64,000 bases of DNA from the IMG/VR virus record IMGVR_UViG_3300028800_000057; one strand, 5' to 3'. The DNA comes from a virus (taxonomy: Duplodnaviria > Heunggongvirae > Uroviricota > Caudoviricetes). The position numbers and the translations under genes were made by a program. The notes beneath the pieces were generated by a model. The model saw nothing but the letters and a program-made list of their open reading frames with translations, was not told the origin of the DNA and made no database searches. Shown here one piece after another: positions 36,007 through 46,309 of the stretch; position 1 is the stretch's first letter, and every line of letters begins with the position of its first letter.

Positions 36007-36690
36007 ATGGAACTAAGCACCCTTAAGGAATTTGAGGCTAACACTAGGTCGTATATCCCAACCTTCTCAGTGAAGTGGAAGGACAAGAGCCTAGTTCAGA
36101 AGTTACTAGGGGTGCTTTTGTTCTTTAACCCACTGTACTTGAGTGGGTATATCACCACGTTCTACCCGGTAGTTTGGTTTCCATCTCAGGCTGAGTACGA
36201 GAAGAAACCAGTTGATTCATTGATCGTGCTAGCGCATGAGAGAGTTCACTTACTTGATGCTGTCCAACACGGGTGGTGGTTTAGGTTCTCATACCTCTTA
36301 CCCCAAGTTCTATTCATTCCGCTATTATTTGGCTCTATCGCTTGCGTGATAGGAGGCCATACCTTGTACTCATTGGTTTACTTGGGGTTAGGTCTTGTAG
36401 TCCTAGCGCCTTGGCCAAGTCCGTGGAGAGTCCAGTGGGAGAAGCGAGGGTACGCGATGACCTTTGCAGCTAACTACTGGTTGTTCGGAGTTATCTCGAG
36501 CCAGCTGAAGCAGAAGATTAGGACTCACTTTCTTGATTGGTCCTACTACAAGATGTCTAGAAATCCGAAGGATATCGATAGTTGGATAGCAGGTGTCGTG
36601 GCTGACATTGAAGGGGACACTATTCGTTCAGATGTGGCTTACTACAATGTTCATAGCTTTTTGCTGAGTAAAGGGTTGTTACCAAAATGA
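36007..36690 (+). CDS. predicted membrane protein
   Basis: Several hydrophobic segments, and an HExxH-like HERVH. Confidence 0.4.
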   Translation: MELSTLKEFEANTRSYIPTFSVKWKDKSLVQKLLGVLLFFNPLYLSGYITTFYPVVWFPSQAEYEKKPVDSLIVLAHERVHLLDAVQHGWWFRFSYLLPQVLFIPLLFGSIACVIGGHTLYSLVYLGLGLVVLAPWPSPWRVQWEKRGYAMTFAANYWLFGVISSQLKQKIRTHFLDWSYYKMSRNPKDIDSWIAGVVADIEGDTIRSDVAYYNVHSFLLSKGLLPK

Positions 36691-36884
36691 GTGACCCAGT
36701 ACTCGGCGTGATGCGGTGTACCCAAGAAGGCTGTGGAGGCCATCTCGGATCAAGCGGCCAGGAAGTCACACGGTTACTTTGTGTGAAGTGTGGTCAGAAC
36801 TACAGAGTTTGTGTGTTCCTGGAACCAATTGATCCGAAGAAGTACGAACTATCCCTCCCGCCTTCGGTGGAAAGTGTTAGATGA
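36687..36884 (+). CDS. small zinc-ribbon protein
   Basis: CTQEGCGG...CVKCG. 65 aa. Confidence 0.3.
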   Translation: MSDPVLGVMRCTQEGCGGHLGSSGQEVTRLLCVKCGQNYRVCVFLEPIDPKKYELSLPPSVESVR

Positions 36885-37824
36885 CATAGTCGGCCAAGAA
36901 GAAGCTGTTAAATACCTTCGTCGATTTGTAGCCGGTTTTGTAGATAAGCCGTTGCTACTGGTTGGTGATGAGGGCACAGGGCGGCGATCCTCGGTAATGA
37001 AGGTTGTGCTGGAGATGGTTGTAGCCAAGAGGGGCGCCACCAGTCCAGAGGCTATTCAAGTGAGGAACGGAACTCACCCTGATGTAGTCACTGTATCGGC
37101 TCCAGAGGGTAAGGAGATTGGAGTCGAACCGATACGTGAGATGCTAGACCGCTCGGTAATGCACCCGATCTCAGCACCACATAGATTTTTCATTATCGAT
37201 GGGGTGGATCGGATGACTCCAGCGGCGGCGAACGCTATTCTGAAGAAGATTGAGGAACCACCTGCGTTGTCTAGGTTCTTTCTCCTAGCAGAATCGTACG
37301 ACCAGGTGATACCTACCATTCGCTCAAGGTGTGGTCGGGTGAACTTTCGTCGTTTGCCTGAATCCTTCATATTTCAGAGGTTATCTGAGTTCGAGCTCGA
37401 CCCTAATAAAGCACTTGTCTATGCTCGCCTAGGTGAAGGTTCGGTAGGCCGAGCCATAAAGTATTGGGGCGCTAATCGCCTCACATTAAGAGACTGTGCG
37501 CTTACCATGTTGGAATCCAGCGCGATAGGAGATGTGTCGTCTGCATTCTCAGTAATTGATGAGGTGAGTAAGGAACTGAACCTCACCCTCAAGTTCTTGA
37601 TCTTCTTGGTGCATGATGTCCTTGTTGGCGGTGTCGACCAGTCTAGAGTCATTAATCAGGACCTTGAGGAAGAACTATCTTCTATGAGATCTCGTGTAAA
37701 GTCCTCTACTTGGAGCAAATTGTGGGAGGGCCTACATACTGTTAGTGACAGGAATGAGTCGTCATACGTTAACCTAGGGTTTCAATTGAAGTCGGCGTTT
37801 GCCACGACCTTCTGTGGTGGGTGA
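36874..37824 (+). CDS. clamp-loader delta'-like AAA+ subunit (HolB-like)
   Basis: VLDDIVGQEEA, GDEGTGRRS, FFIIDGVDRMTPAAANAILKKIEEPP, SRC motif. A GTG start is chosen. The ORF track starts at 36790. Confidence 0.55.
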   Translation: MLDDIVGQEEAVKYLRRFVAGFVDKPLLLVGDEGTGRRSSVMKVVLEMVVAKRGATSPEAIQVRNGTHPDVVTVSAPEGKEIGVEPIREMLDRSVMHPISAPHRFFIIDGVDRMTPAAANAILKKIEEPPALSRFFLLAESYDQVIPTIRSRCGRVNFRRLPESFIFQRLSEFELDPNKALVYARLGEGSVGRAIKYWGANRLTLRDCALTMLESSAIGDVSSAFSVIDEVSKELNLTLKFLIFLVHDVLVGGVDQSRVINQDLEEELSSMRSRVKSSTWSKLWEGLHTVSDRNESSYVNLGFQLKSAFATTFCGG

Positions 37825-37827
37825 GTC

Positions 37828-38805
37828 ATGGGATTTCGATTCACAACACCAGTAGTCGTGTCTTTTGGCGAGGAACCATTCTTCCTAGATCAGGATATCA
37901 AGATGTTTGGTAGTACCAAGGGGTACGCGATTACCTATCTTGATGGTTCTGAGGTTAGTGGCTCTAAGGTAGTGTCCACATGCGTCTCTAATCAGATCAA
38001 CTTCGACGACTTAGACAACTCCCCAACTAACTTAGTGATTGTTGATAATGCACACAAGGTAAAGGTTGATAAGGCTCTCAAATCGTACCTGGATGGTCTG
38101 GAAGCCAAGGATCTGTCTGCAATTCTAGTTGGTATTTTTAGGTCTGCTTCGGTTACGGGAGCTTGGTCCAAGTTGGGGCCCAAGGCTGTTATCCGAGAGT
38201 ACAAGAAGCTCAAGACCTGGGAGGACAACAATGATGTTGTGAAGTGGGTTCAGGATGAAGCTGCACGTCTTGGTCTGAAGATCGACAGTGCTATCGGTAC
38301 CTTCATGTTCAAGGTGGCAGGCGATGACCTGTACCGACTTTCAAGTGAGGTCCACAAGCTCAAGTTACTACTCGGCAAGGGTATTGTAACTAAAGAGCAC
38401 TTGGATCTCGTCATGGCCCCCACTAGTAACTTAGCTTCGTGGGATGTAGCCGACTCAGTATTCTTGAAGAATTGGAAGAAAGCTCTAGTTCAAGTATCCC
38501 AGGTTTTCAAGTATGCTCCTGAGGATCCATCACTCATGATCTTGGGAGCTTTGATCAAAGGTGTAGAGCGACTGTTCGTCACTCGTTCACTGTTAGATAA
38601 AGGGGTGTCCCCGGACGATATAGCTGGTCGTTTGGGTATGCACCCGTATCGCTTCAAAAAGGCTGTACTACCTCAAGCTGAGAGGCAAACGGTAGCGAAG
38701 CTTGTCAGCAATATGCAGATGTTATCCAGATTAGATGTAGATCTGAAACGTACCAGCCACCGAAGAACCCTCGTTGAATTGGCTGTGTATGAACTTGCGT
38801 CCTAA
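37828..38805 (+). CDS. putative clamp-loader delta-like subunit
   Basis: Its position between delta' and the downstream replication genes, and its 325-aa size. Weak sequence evidence. Confidence 0.35.
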   Translation: MGFRFTTPVVVSFGEEPFFLDQDIKMFGSTKGYAITYLDGSEVSGSKVVSTCVSNQINFDDLDNSPTNLVIVDNAHKVKVDKALKSYLDGLEAKDLSAILVGIFRSASVTGAWSKLGPKAVIREYKKLKTWEDNNDVVKWVQDEAARLGLKIDSAIGTFMFKVAGDDLYRLSSEVHKLKLLLGKGIVTKEHLDLVMAPTSNLASWDVADSVFLKNWKKALVQVSQVFKYAPEDPSLMILGALIKGVERLFVTRSLLDKGVSPDDIAGRLGMHPYRFKKAVLPQAERQTVAKLVSNMQMLSRLDVDLKRTSHRRTLVELAVYELAS

Positions 38806-38820
38806 AGGAGTTGGCCTCAA

Positions 38821-40767
38821 ATGTTGATCATAAATGCTACTCTGAAACCGAAGAGATTTCGTTTTTCCGAGGACTTCTTATCGCCCTACTATAAAGAGGG
38901 TGATCCGTTTCAGAGCTTGCTGGCGAGGTCTACTTACCTCAACAAGTACTGCAGGGGTAAGGAAACGTGGACTGACACGATACGTCGTGTTGTGGAAGCC
39001 AACCTATCTATGGCTGCAGCGATTAATGAGCAGGAAGCAAAGATCCTGTTCCACCTGTTCTGGACGGGTCAAGCCCTTCCTCCAGGTCGTGGTCTCTGGA
39101 CAGGTGGGGTTGAAGGGATCCCAGCGGATGCTCGTTACAATTGCTGGTACACGACCCTCTATGGGATCGACGACTGGTGCTGGACTGCCAATCAACTTAT
39201 GCTCGGTGGTGGCGTAGGCGTTGGCCTAGGGGAGATCGATACTCTTCCAGTGGTTCAACGAGAGCCTCAGGCTAGGTTCTCTGTGCTCTGCTCGGATATC
39301 CACCCCGACGTCAATGATGTCAATCCGAATGCAAAGAGCTACCTCAACGGTCAGACCCCAATATTCCGAGTACCTGACTCGCGCGAGGGTTGGGTTGAGG
39401 CGCTTCGTACCGTACTCACCTCTGCCTTCTATGCCAAGGACTTGATTGTCGATGTCTCAGAGGTTCGTGCCCGGGGTATGCCGATTCGAACTTTTGGTGG
39501 TATCGCTTGCGGTCCCGGACCGCTCACCAATCTTCTGCGCAACTCATGGCTGATAGTTCGTGGAGCTGCTGGTCGACGTCTCAACTCGGTTGAGGCCTTG
39601 GATATTACCAATTACATCGGTCTTTGCATCAAGGCGGGTAACGTTCGTCGTTCAGCTCTGATTGCTATCGGCGATGCCTATGACCAGGCTTTCCGAGATG
39701 CGAAGAAGGACATGGACAAGGTGATCTCTCACCGACACACGTCCAACAATACGATCGCCTTCCGTTCTTGGGAGCAACTCCAGAACTTCGACTGGGATTC
39801 CCTCGTACAGGACATGGCCGAGAATGGTAGTGGGGAGCCTGGGATCCTCAACTTACCGCTCGTATGGAAGACTGATGCCGGAGCTAAAGGGGTCAATCCT
39901 TGTGGTGAAGTACCTCTTCATGACCGTGAAGCATGCAACCTAGCTGAGGTCTTCCCGGCTAAGTTCGAGGCTAACACTGATTCTGACCTGGTATTCAAGC
40001 TCATCACTCGCTACTGCTTGCGCCAGAGGTTGACTCCACTCCTAGATGAGCGGGCTGACAGCGTTCAGAAGCAGAACATGCGAGTTGGAGTAGGACTCGG
40101 AGGTCTCTGTGACTTCGATTGGACTCAACCCCAATTGAGCCGATGGTATCAGTTGTGTCGTGATGAAGCTACCTCGTACTCCAAAGAACTTGGAGTGGCT
40201 GATCCAATTGCTGTTACAACAGTCAAACCCTCAGGGACTATCTCCTTACTCAATGGGTCAAGCCCAGGCATTCACGCCCCCTACGCTGCTTACTACCTTC
40301 GACGCACCAGGATCGCCAAGAACGACCCTATGGCGTTGGCAATGGCAGAAGCTGGGGTACCCTTCGAAGATGATGTCTACGACACGAGTGGGCATACTTG
40401 GGTGTTCGCTTTCCCAATGAAGTCCTTGAATGATCATGTTACTGTTCAGAATGAGACCATTCGTGATCAGTTCGATCGACAGAAGGCCGTTCAGGGTTCG
40501 TGGGCAGATAATGCTGTCTCTGCTACCTTATCATTTGCCGAGAGTGAGCGCGCTGAGTTGGCTGATTGCTTGAAGGAGTATGTACCGTACCTCAAGAGTA
40601 CCTCTACCCTTCCGAAGGTACATGGGTATGCTCAGGCTCCTCTAGAGGCTTGCTCAAAGGATGAGTATGAACGTCTATACTCCATGATTGACCACAAGCA
40701 TCCTTTGGTGCGTGGTGGCGACTTCGAGGTTGAAGAGTGTTCCAGCGGTGTGTGCCCAGTTCGCTGA
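38821..40767 (+). CDS. nrdJ: class II (adenosylcobalamin-dependent) ribonucleotide reductase NrdJ
   Basis: Active-site motif VNPCGEVPLHDREACNLAEV, an N-terminal ARSTYL...ETW block and a C-terminal CSSGVCPV redox pair. Confidence 0.75.
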   Translation: MLIINATLKPKRFRFSEDFLSPYYKEGDPFQSLLARSTYLNKYCRGKETWTDTIRRVVEANLSMAAAINEQEAKILFHLFWTGQALPPGRGLWTGGVEGIPADARYNCWYTTLYGIDDWCWTANQLMLGGGVGVGLGEIDTLPVVQREPQARFSVLCSDIHPDVNDVNPNAKSYLNGQTPIFRVPDSREGWVEALRTVLTSAFYAKDLIVDVSEVRARGMPIRTFGGIACGPGPLTNLLRNSWLIVRGAAGRRLNSVEALDITNYIGLCIKAGNVRRSALIAIGDAYDQAFRDAKKDMDKVISHRHTSNNTIAFRSWEQLQNFDWDSLVQDMAENGSGEPGILNLPLVWKTDAGAKGVNPCGEVPLHDREACNLAEVFPAKFEANTDSDLVFKLITRYCLRQRLTPLLDERADSVQKQNMRVGVGLGGLCDFDWTQPQLSRWYQLCRDEATSYSKELGVADPIAVTTVKPSGTISLLNGSSPGIHAPYAAYYLRRTRIAKNDPMALAMAEAGVPFEDDVYDTSGHTWVFAFPMKSLNDHVTVQNETIRDQFDRQKAVQGSWADNAVSATLSFAESERAELADCLKEYVPYLKSTSTLPKVHGYAQAPLEACSKDEYERLYSMIDHKHPLVRGGDFEVEECSSGVCPVR

Positions 40768-40856
40768 CGTGATTTAATCTATCCAACAAGGCTCTCTTTC
40801 GGTGTCACTGAAGGGGAGCCTTGGCAATTTAAGGCTTCAACTCGAACGAGGTTCAT

Positions 40857-41135
40857 GTGGCTGATATTGATATCAAGAGCTTGGGGATCTACATTGTCGA
40901 AGGGACTGTCGAGGTTGACCCAGTAACTGGGAGTGTAACCATCCGCACCGTAAACCCCAAGACTGGTGACCCTTTATCCTTTGACCCTATCCCAGCTATT
41001 GCAATGCTGAATGGGAAAGAGGTTAGGTTCGTTCTGACCCCGATGGCCTCAGTCTCGATTCTTGAGGAGTTACACAAGAAGTCCCTTGTTGATCAGTCCG
41101 ACCCTGCAGAAAAACCAGGTTCAAATCAGGGGTAA
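40857..41135 (+). CDS. hypothetical protein
   Basis: 92-aa ORF. Confidence 0.4.
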   Translation: MADIDIKSLGIYIVEGTVEVDPVTGSVTIRTVNPKTGDPLSFDPIPAIAMLNGKEVRFVLTPMASVSILEELHKKSLVDQSDPAEKPGSNQG

Positions 41136-41138
41136 CTC

Positions 41139-43031
41139 ATGACTGACTTCGTAGAAGAAGATCGGATTAAGGAACTTGAGGGTCTGATTGCTAAGGCTCG
41201 GGACGATTACTACAACAAGACGCCGATCGTCTCGGATGAGATATACGACGCTTGGGTCGATGAGCTATCAGATCTGAATGATATCAGCCCATACTTGAAG
41301 GCAGTTGGGGCTCCCCCAGTCTCTGAGTGGTCCAAGGTCAAGCACCTTGTACAGATGGGATCTCTTGACAAGGTAAACACCCTGGAGGAAATGACTGAGT
41401 GGGTTACTACTTATGCTCCGGATGAAGACTTGTTGTACTCAGAGAAGTTGGACGGGATCTCAATCTCTGTACGCTATGTTAATGGTAAGCTCACTCAAGC
41501 GTTGACTCGAGGTGACGGGAAGGTTGGTGAGGACATCACCGCCAATGTAGCAAAGATGCAGGGGGTTCCTAATCGAATCCCAAGGAAGACTACCTGCATA
41601 GTGCGCGGGGAGATCATCATCCGGAAGACGGACTTCGATAACTACTTCAAGGCTAACTACTCCAATACTAGAAATGCTGCTAGTGGAATAGCCAAGCGCT
41701 ACGATGGTCAGAGTTGTGAGCACTTGACAGTCTTGTTCTACAAGGTATTGGGTGGCCCTAAGCTTGATACTGAAGCTGATCAGTTCAAATTCCTTGATTC
41801 AATGGGGTTCAAATCACCTGGGTGGGGCTTGTCGAAGATGAAACCCGGGTCGAGGACTCCGCTCGATGTCTGGGTTGAGTATCATCAGTCCAAGCGTGAT
41901 CAACTGAACTATGACATTGATGGTTTGGTATTTGTCATTAACAACCTAGGTAAGCAAGAAGGTCTTGGCGAGAGGGACATGCGTCCTTTGGGGGCGATAG
42001 CTTTCAAGTTTGCTCCGGCTACCCGAGAGACAGTTCTTCGCTCTATCACTTGGCAAACCGGTAGTACCGGGCGTATCACTCCAGTAGCCAACTTTGATCA
42101 AGTCAACCTTCTAGGGGCTCAGATCGTGAATGCCAGCCTCTATAATTGGAGATACATTAACACCCTGAAGCTCGACGTAGGGTCTAAGATCCTAGTTGCT
42201 CGGGCTAACGATGTCATCCCGCGCGTAGTCTCAGTGATCACCGGGGTGGGGACTATCGCTTCGGCTCCGGCAGTCTGCCCCTCTTGTGGGGCTGAGGTTG
42301 TCTCGGAGGGCGAGTTCCACACTTGCCCTAATAGAGATGGCTGCCCGGCTCAGGTTGTCGGTAGGTTATCTCAGTGGCTTACCAACCTCGGTATTCTAGA
42401 GTGGGGGGACGTCCTGTTGGAGAAGTTGACTTCAACAGGGTTGGTCAAGTCAGTTCCTGACTTGTATCGACTCACCGAGGATCAGATAGCTGGTCTCGAG
42501 CGCATGGGTGCAACTTCAGCGGCCAAGGCTCTTGGTTTGCTTCATGAGAAGAAGATCCTCCCCCTCGACTTGCTGCTCGGGTCCTTGTGTATCCCGGGAA
42601 TCGCTCAGTCCACTATCAGGCTTCTGATGGACTCCGGATACGACGACATCTACAAGTTGCGAGAGCTTAATACTGTAACCCTGAGCAAGATCAAGGGGAT
42701 AGGTCCTGTTAAGGCTTCAGTACTATCCAAGTGGGTCAAAGATAACAGTCAGATCGTAGACGAACTGGACAAGGTAGGGGTTTGGGTACAGGAACCAATC
42801 CGAGGTAAGTTCTCAGGAATGTACTTCTGCTTTACCGGTGAGATGGGACACCCGCGCGGGGACCTTGAGCAGATGGTCAAGGTCAATGGTGGCGAGGTCA
42901 AGGGCTCTGTCACTAAGAAGCTAACCTACCTCGTTCTGGCGGATACTAGTACAACAAAGGCGGCGACGGCGCGCAAGTACGGTACCAAGTGCATCACCGA
43001 GGAGGAGTTCCTCTCCCTTGTAAGTTCATGA
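41139..43031 (+). CDS. ligA: NAD-dependent DNA ligase LigA
   Basis: KxDG adenylation motif (EKLDGISISVRY), Zn finger CPSCG...CPNRDGCPAQ, HhH region and C-terminal BRCT. Confidence 0.85.
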   Translation: MTDFVEEDRIKELEGLIAKARDDYYNKTPIVSDEIYDAWVDELSDLNDISPYLKAVGAPPVSEWSKVKHLVQMGSLDKVNTLEEMTEWVTTYAPDEDLLYSEKLDGISISVRYVNGKLTQALTRGDGKVGEDITANVAKMQGVPNRIPRKTTCIVRGEIIIRKTDFDNYFKANYSNTRNAASGIAKRYDGQSCEHLTVLFYKVLGGPKLDTEADQFKFLDSMGFKSPGWGLSKMKPGSRTPLDVWVEYHQSKRDQLNYDIDGLVFVINNLGKQEGLGERDMRPLGAIAFKFAPATRETVLRSITWQTGSTGRITPVANFDQVNLLGAQIVNASLYNWRYINTLKLDVGSKILVARANDVIPRVVSVITGVGTIASAPAVCPSCGAEVVSEGEFHTCPNRDGCPAQVVGRLSQWLTNLGILEWGDVLLEKLTSTGLVKSVPDLYRLTEDQIAGLERMGATSAAKALGLLHEKKILPLDLLLGSLCIPGIAQSTIRLLMDSGYDDIYKLRELNTVTLSKIKGIGPVKASVLSKWVKDNSQIVDELDKVGVWVQEPIRGKFSGMYFCFTGEMGHPRGDLEQMVKVNGGEVKGSVTKKLTYLVLADTSTTKAATARKYGTKCITEEEFLSLVSS

Positions 43032-45214
43032 CTTCACTAAAGGTTTTGGTTACAGGGATCATCCACAAGGCTGAGGACTTCTACATCATCACTGTAGAGC
43101 CTTTGAATCCTGACCCACGCTCGCGCGACTCTAAAATCATTTGTAAGGGTAGGTTCTTTGGGATTCAGGGTGTTGTCCCCGGGGTCCCCCTTGAACTCTT
43201 CGGTAAGTGGGTACTTCACCCTAAATTTGGGCGACAGTTCGCATTTAATGGTTGGGGGCCCTGGGCTAGTTCAGACGTGGGGGTCGAGAACTTCTTGCGC
43301 TACTGTTTGGGGATCTTGGATGAGAGCAAGATCTTTGATCTGATTGATAAGTTCGGTAAGGACTCATTCCGGATTCTGTCCGAGGAGCCAGCACGTTTAA
43401 TGGAGGTCCCCGGATTCGATGCAGATACAGCCTCATCACTGCTCAGTGCTTGGACTGAGGCTATAACTAGCTCTGAGTTATCGGCTCTTCTTGCTGACCA
43501 TGAGGTGACCTCCGAGCAAATGAAGGCCTTGTTCAATGCCTTCGGATCTGAGGCTCGTAAGACCATCTCAGAAAACCCTTACAGTTTACTGGAGGTTGAC
43601 GGGTTCGAATTTGATAAAGTTGACGAGGTAGCCGAGTCTCGTGGGATCAGCAAGAGTGATCCTCGCCGATTCGAAGGGGCTGTACTGTGGTTACTGCGAG
43701 AGGCATCTCAGTCAGGACACTTGTGTCTTCGCCGGGGCGACCTTTCAATGAATCTCAGGGAGTCTATGAAGGCTGAGGTTGAGTCATTTGAGAGCACAGA
43801 CCTCTCCAAGGACTTGATTGAAGCTACGGCTAGGTTGCAGGAAAAGGGAAAGGTATTCATCGATCCAGACGTCGGAGTCTATCTCCCCTCCTTGTTCAAT
43901 TTCGAGCGTCGGTCAGCAGAGTACCTGGCTAAGTTCATGACCCCACTTGCGCTCGATGTGGACATCAAGGAATTCCTAACTAATTATGAGAATATCCACC
44001 AGATCAGTCTCTCTGAAGCCCAGCAAGATGCAGTACACAAGCTACTTAGCAATCGAGTTCTCGTTCTTACTGGGGGGCCAGGAACTGGAAAGACCACGGT
44101 TATCAAGACCTTTGTCGAGTTATTTGACAGGGCTGGCGTAGGGTTCAAGCTGATGGCTCCCACAGGGATCGCTGCAAAGAGGGTGGCCATGGTAACCGGT
44201 CGCGAGGCAGCCACTATCCACAGGACATTCAGGTTCAATGGTGAGGAGTGGGGTTACAGCGAGTGGAACAAGTACCCTATCGGGGCTGTGATCATTGACG
44301 AAATGTCAATGGTGGATCAGGAGCTATTCTTTAGGGTGGTGAGTTCTCTCGAGGAGGGGACTATCCTTGTTCTCGTCGGCGATGATGCTCAGTTGCCGTC
44401 GGTTGGCCCTGGTAGTGTTCTTCGAGACTTAGTACGTTGCCCAGCGATACCCACAGTACGATTGACTCAGATCTTCAGGCAAGCTCAGAAGAGTGAGATT
44501 GTCGTGAACTCCCATCGAATCAATCGAGGTGATGGCATCTTGACTGGGGATGACAACTCGGACTTTAGGTTTCTGTCCTTGGATGACTCAAGAATTCCAG
44601 ACCTGATCGTGAAGATGGCGGCCAAGCTCAAGGAGCGTGACGCTAACTTCCAAGTACTATCCCCGAAGTATGATGGTATTGTTGGGGTTACAAACCTGAA
44701 TGAGCGTTTACGCGAAGTCCTAAATCCACCAGAGATGGGTAAGATGGAGGTGTCTTTCGGGAAGATGCTCTTCAGGGTTGGCGACCGCCTCATGGTCATT
44801 AAGAATGACTACAAACTTGGGGTTTACAACGGAGATATGGGCAAACTTGTGGACATCCGCTCTGACTTCTTACGTGTCAGGATCCATGGTCTGGGTGAGG
44901 ATGGTCTTGACGCCAACGTTGAAATACAGAAGAGCGATGTACTTCAGAAGCTCCGGCTGGCTTACGCAATCACAGTCCATAAGTGCCAAGGCAGTGAGTT
45001 CGACACTATTATACTGCCAATGGTTCGAGAGCATGGGCGTATGCTTCAACGGAACTTGTTCTATACGGCGGTTACCCGTGCAAAGAAGAAGGTTTGGGTT
45101 CTTGGTGACCGCGGGGCTGTCCAACGTGCAATCGACAATGATAAGGTTATAGCTAGAAACACTGGATTTGGGAAAGCTATCTTGGAAGCGGTTGGTTCTG
45201 GTGTAGTTGAGTGA
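42989..45214 (+). CDS. RecD-like SF1 DNA helicase with long N-terminal extension
   Basis: Walker A VLTGGPGTGKTT, Walker B AVIIDEMSM, and a C-terminal RecD/Dda-type motif YAITVHKCQGSEF. Confidence 0.75.
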   Translation: MHHRGGVPLPCKFMTSLKVLVTGIIHKAEDFYIITVEPLNPDPRSRDSKIICKGRFFGIQGVVPGVPLELFGKWVLHPKFGRQFAFNGWGPWASSDVGVENFLRYCLGILDESKIFDLIDKFGKDSFRILSEEPARLMEVPGFDADTASSLLSAWTEAITSSELSALLADHEVTSEQMKALFNAFGSEARKTISENPYSLLEVDGFEFDKVDEVAESRGISKSDPRRFEGAVLWLLREASQSGHLCLRRGDLSMNLRESMKAEVESFESTDLSKDLIEATARLQEKGKVFIDPDVGVYLPSLFNFERRSAEYLAKFMTPLALDVDIKEFLTNYENIHQISLSEAQQDAVHKLLSNRVLVLTGGPGTGKTTVIKTFVELFDRAGVGFKLMAPTGIAAKRVAMVTGREAATIHRTFRFNGEEWGYSEWNKYPIGAVIIDEMSMVDQELFFRVVSSLEEGTILVLVGDDAQLPSVGPGSVLRDLVRCPAIPTVRLTQIFRQAQKSEIVVNSHRINRGDGILTGDDNSDFRFLSLDDSRIPDLIVKMAAKLKERDANFQVLSPKYDGIVGVTNLNERLREVLNPPEMGKMEVSFGKMLFRVGDRLMVIKNDYKLGVYNGDMGKLVDIRSDFLRVRIHGLGEDGLDANVEIQKSDVLQKLRLAYAITVHKCQGSEFDTIILPMVREHGRMLQRNLFYTAVTRAKKKVWVLGDRGAVQRAIDNDKVIARNTGFGKAILEAVGSGVVE

Positions 45215-46129
45215 GTGGACCAGAAGTACGTTGATGATTTATATCGCGAGATTGGTACGTTCCGAGTTGAGTTGGAGCCGGATCCAACAGTGCTGGGGGC
45301 TAGATACATCCAATCGGTAACTTCAAAGTGTCGCAACTACCTGAACAAGGTGTCCCAGCGTCGAGTTGATCTGAGTCTGAAGCGACGTAACTTGATGGTT
45401 CAGATCGCCGGTGAAGAGACTGCCCTCTCGATAGAGAAGGACCACTTGCTGGCTGAGAATGAGACAGTACAGCGCCAGCCTAACATCCGTGACCGTGAGG
45501 CCGTCGTCAACACGATGCTTCGTCAGCAGGTCCAGAGCATAGCTTCAAAGAAGAGAGACCTGCTCGATGTGGAGACCGTGGATAAGGCAGTCAAGCTGGT
45601 TCACGATGAGTTGATTCGAACCTCCACTGAGATTAAAGTACAGCGGAGCCTTTTATTCTCTGACCGCATGTCTGGGTCCGGTTATGGGGATGAGTCTCCA
45701 GTTGGTAGCAACCCCCCACCCTCTGGAGCCCCTGCTGATATCAACGAGAATGAACTAGAGAACTTGATGAAGGGTACTATACCACTTGTCCCTAGTACTA
45801 CGTCGGAAGACGAAGACAGTGATCTTGCAGCGGCTCTAGCTGGTATTCAAGATGAAGAGCCATCTTCTGAGGTTGTTGTAGCAGAACTAGAGAAGCCTGC
45901 TGAGAAACAAGCTAGTGCACCTGAAGTTTCGAGCGGGGTACCTTCAGTGGTAGAGGTTAGTGATCCAACTTCAACCTCTGATGAAGATGATCTAGCAAGT
46001 TTCTTAGAGGAAAAACCAGCGCCAGCTAAGGCAACTTCAAAGAAACCCAAGGCTGCAGAAGAGTCACCTGCAAAAGTAAAGTTAGATGACATAGACTTCA
46101 ACTTTGAAGACGTTTTAAGTAACGTGTAA
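45215..46129 (+). CDS. coiled-coil acidic protein with conserved C-terminal tail
   Basis: 304 aa with an Asp/Glu-rich C-terminus ending DDIDFNFEDVLSNV. Confidence 0.45.
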   Translation: MDQKYVDDLYREIGTFRVELEPDPTVLGARYIQSVTSKCRNYLNKVSQRRVDLSLKRRNLMVQIAGEETALSIEKDHLLAENETVQRQPNIRDREAVVNTMLRQQVQSIASKKRDLLDVETVDKAVKLVHDELIRTSTEIKVQRSLLFSDRMSGSGYGDESPVGSNPPPSGAPADINENELENLMKGTIPLVPSTTSEDEDSDLAAALAGIQDEEPSSEVVVAELEKPAEKQASAPEVSSGVPSVVEVSDPTSTSDEDDLASFLEEKPAPAKATSKKPKAAEESPAKVKLDDIDFNFEDVLSNV

Positions 46130-46309
46130 GTCGTCTCGCACCGACTGTTGGTGTAACAGATCACTGGTACGTCACTGACATGATCCGTCCGTGGTGACAC
46201 TATCCAGTCCTATGGCGTACTACATTGAAGCACAGACCAGGTTACCCAGCTCTACCTACCAAATTGTAACTGGGGCCACGTCATTGCAAATAAAGGAAAA
46301 CACACAATC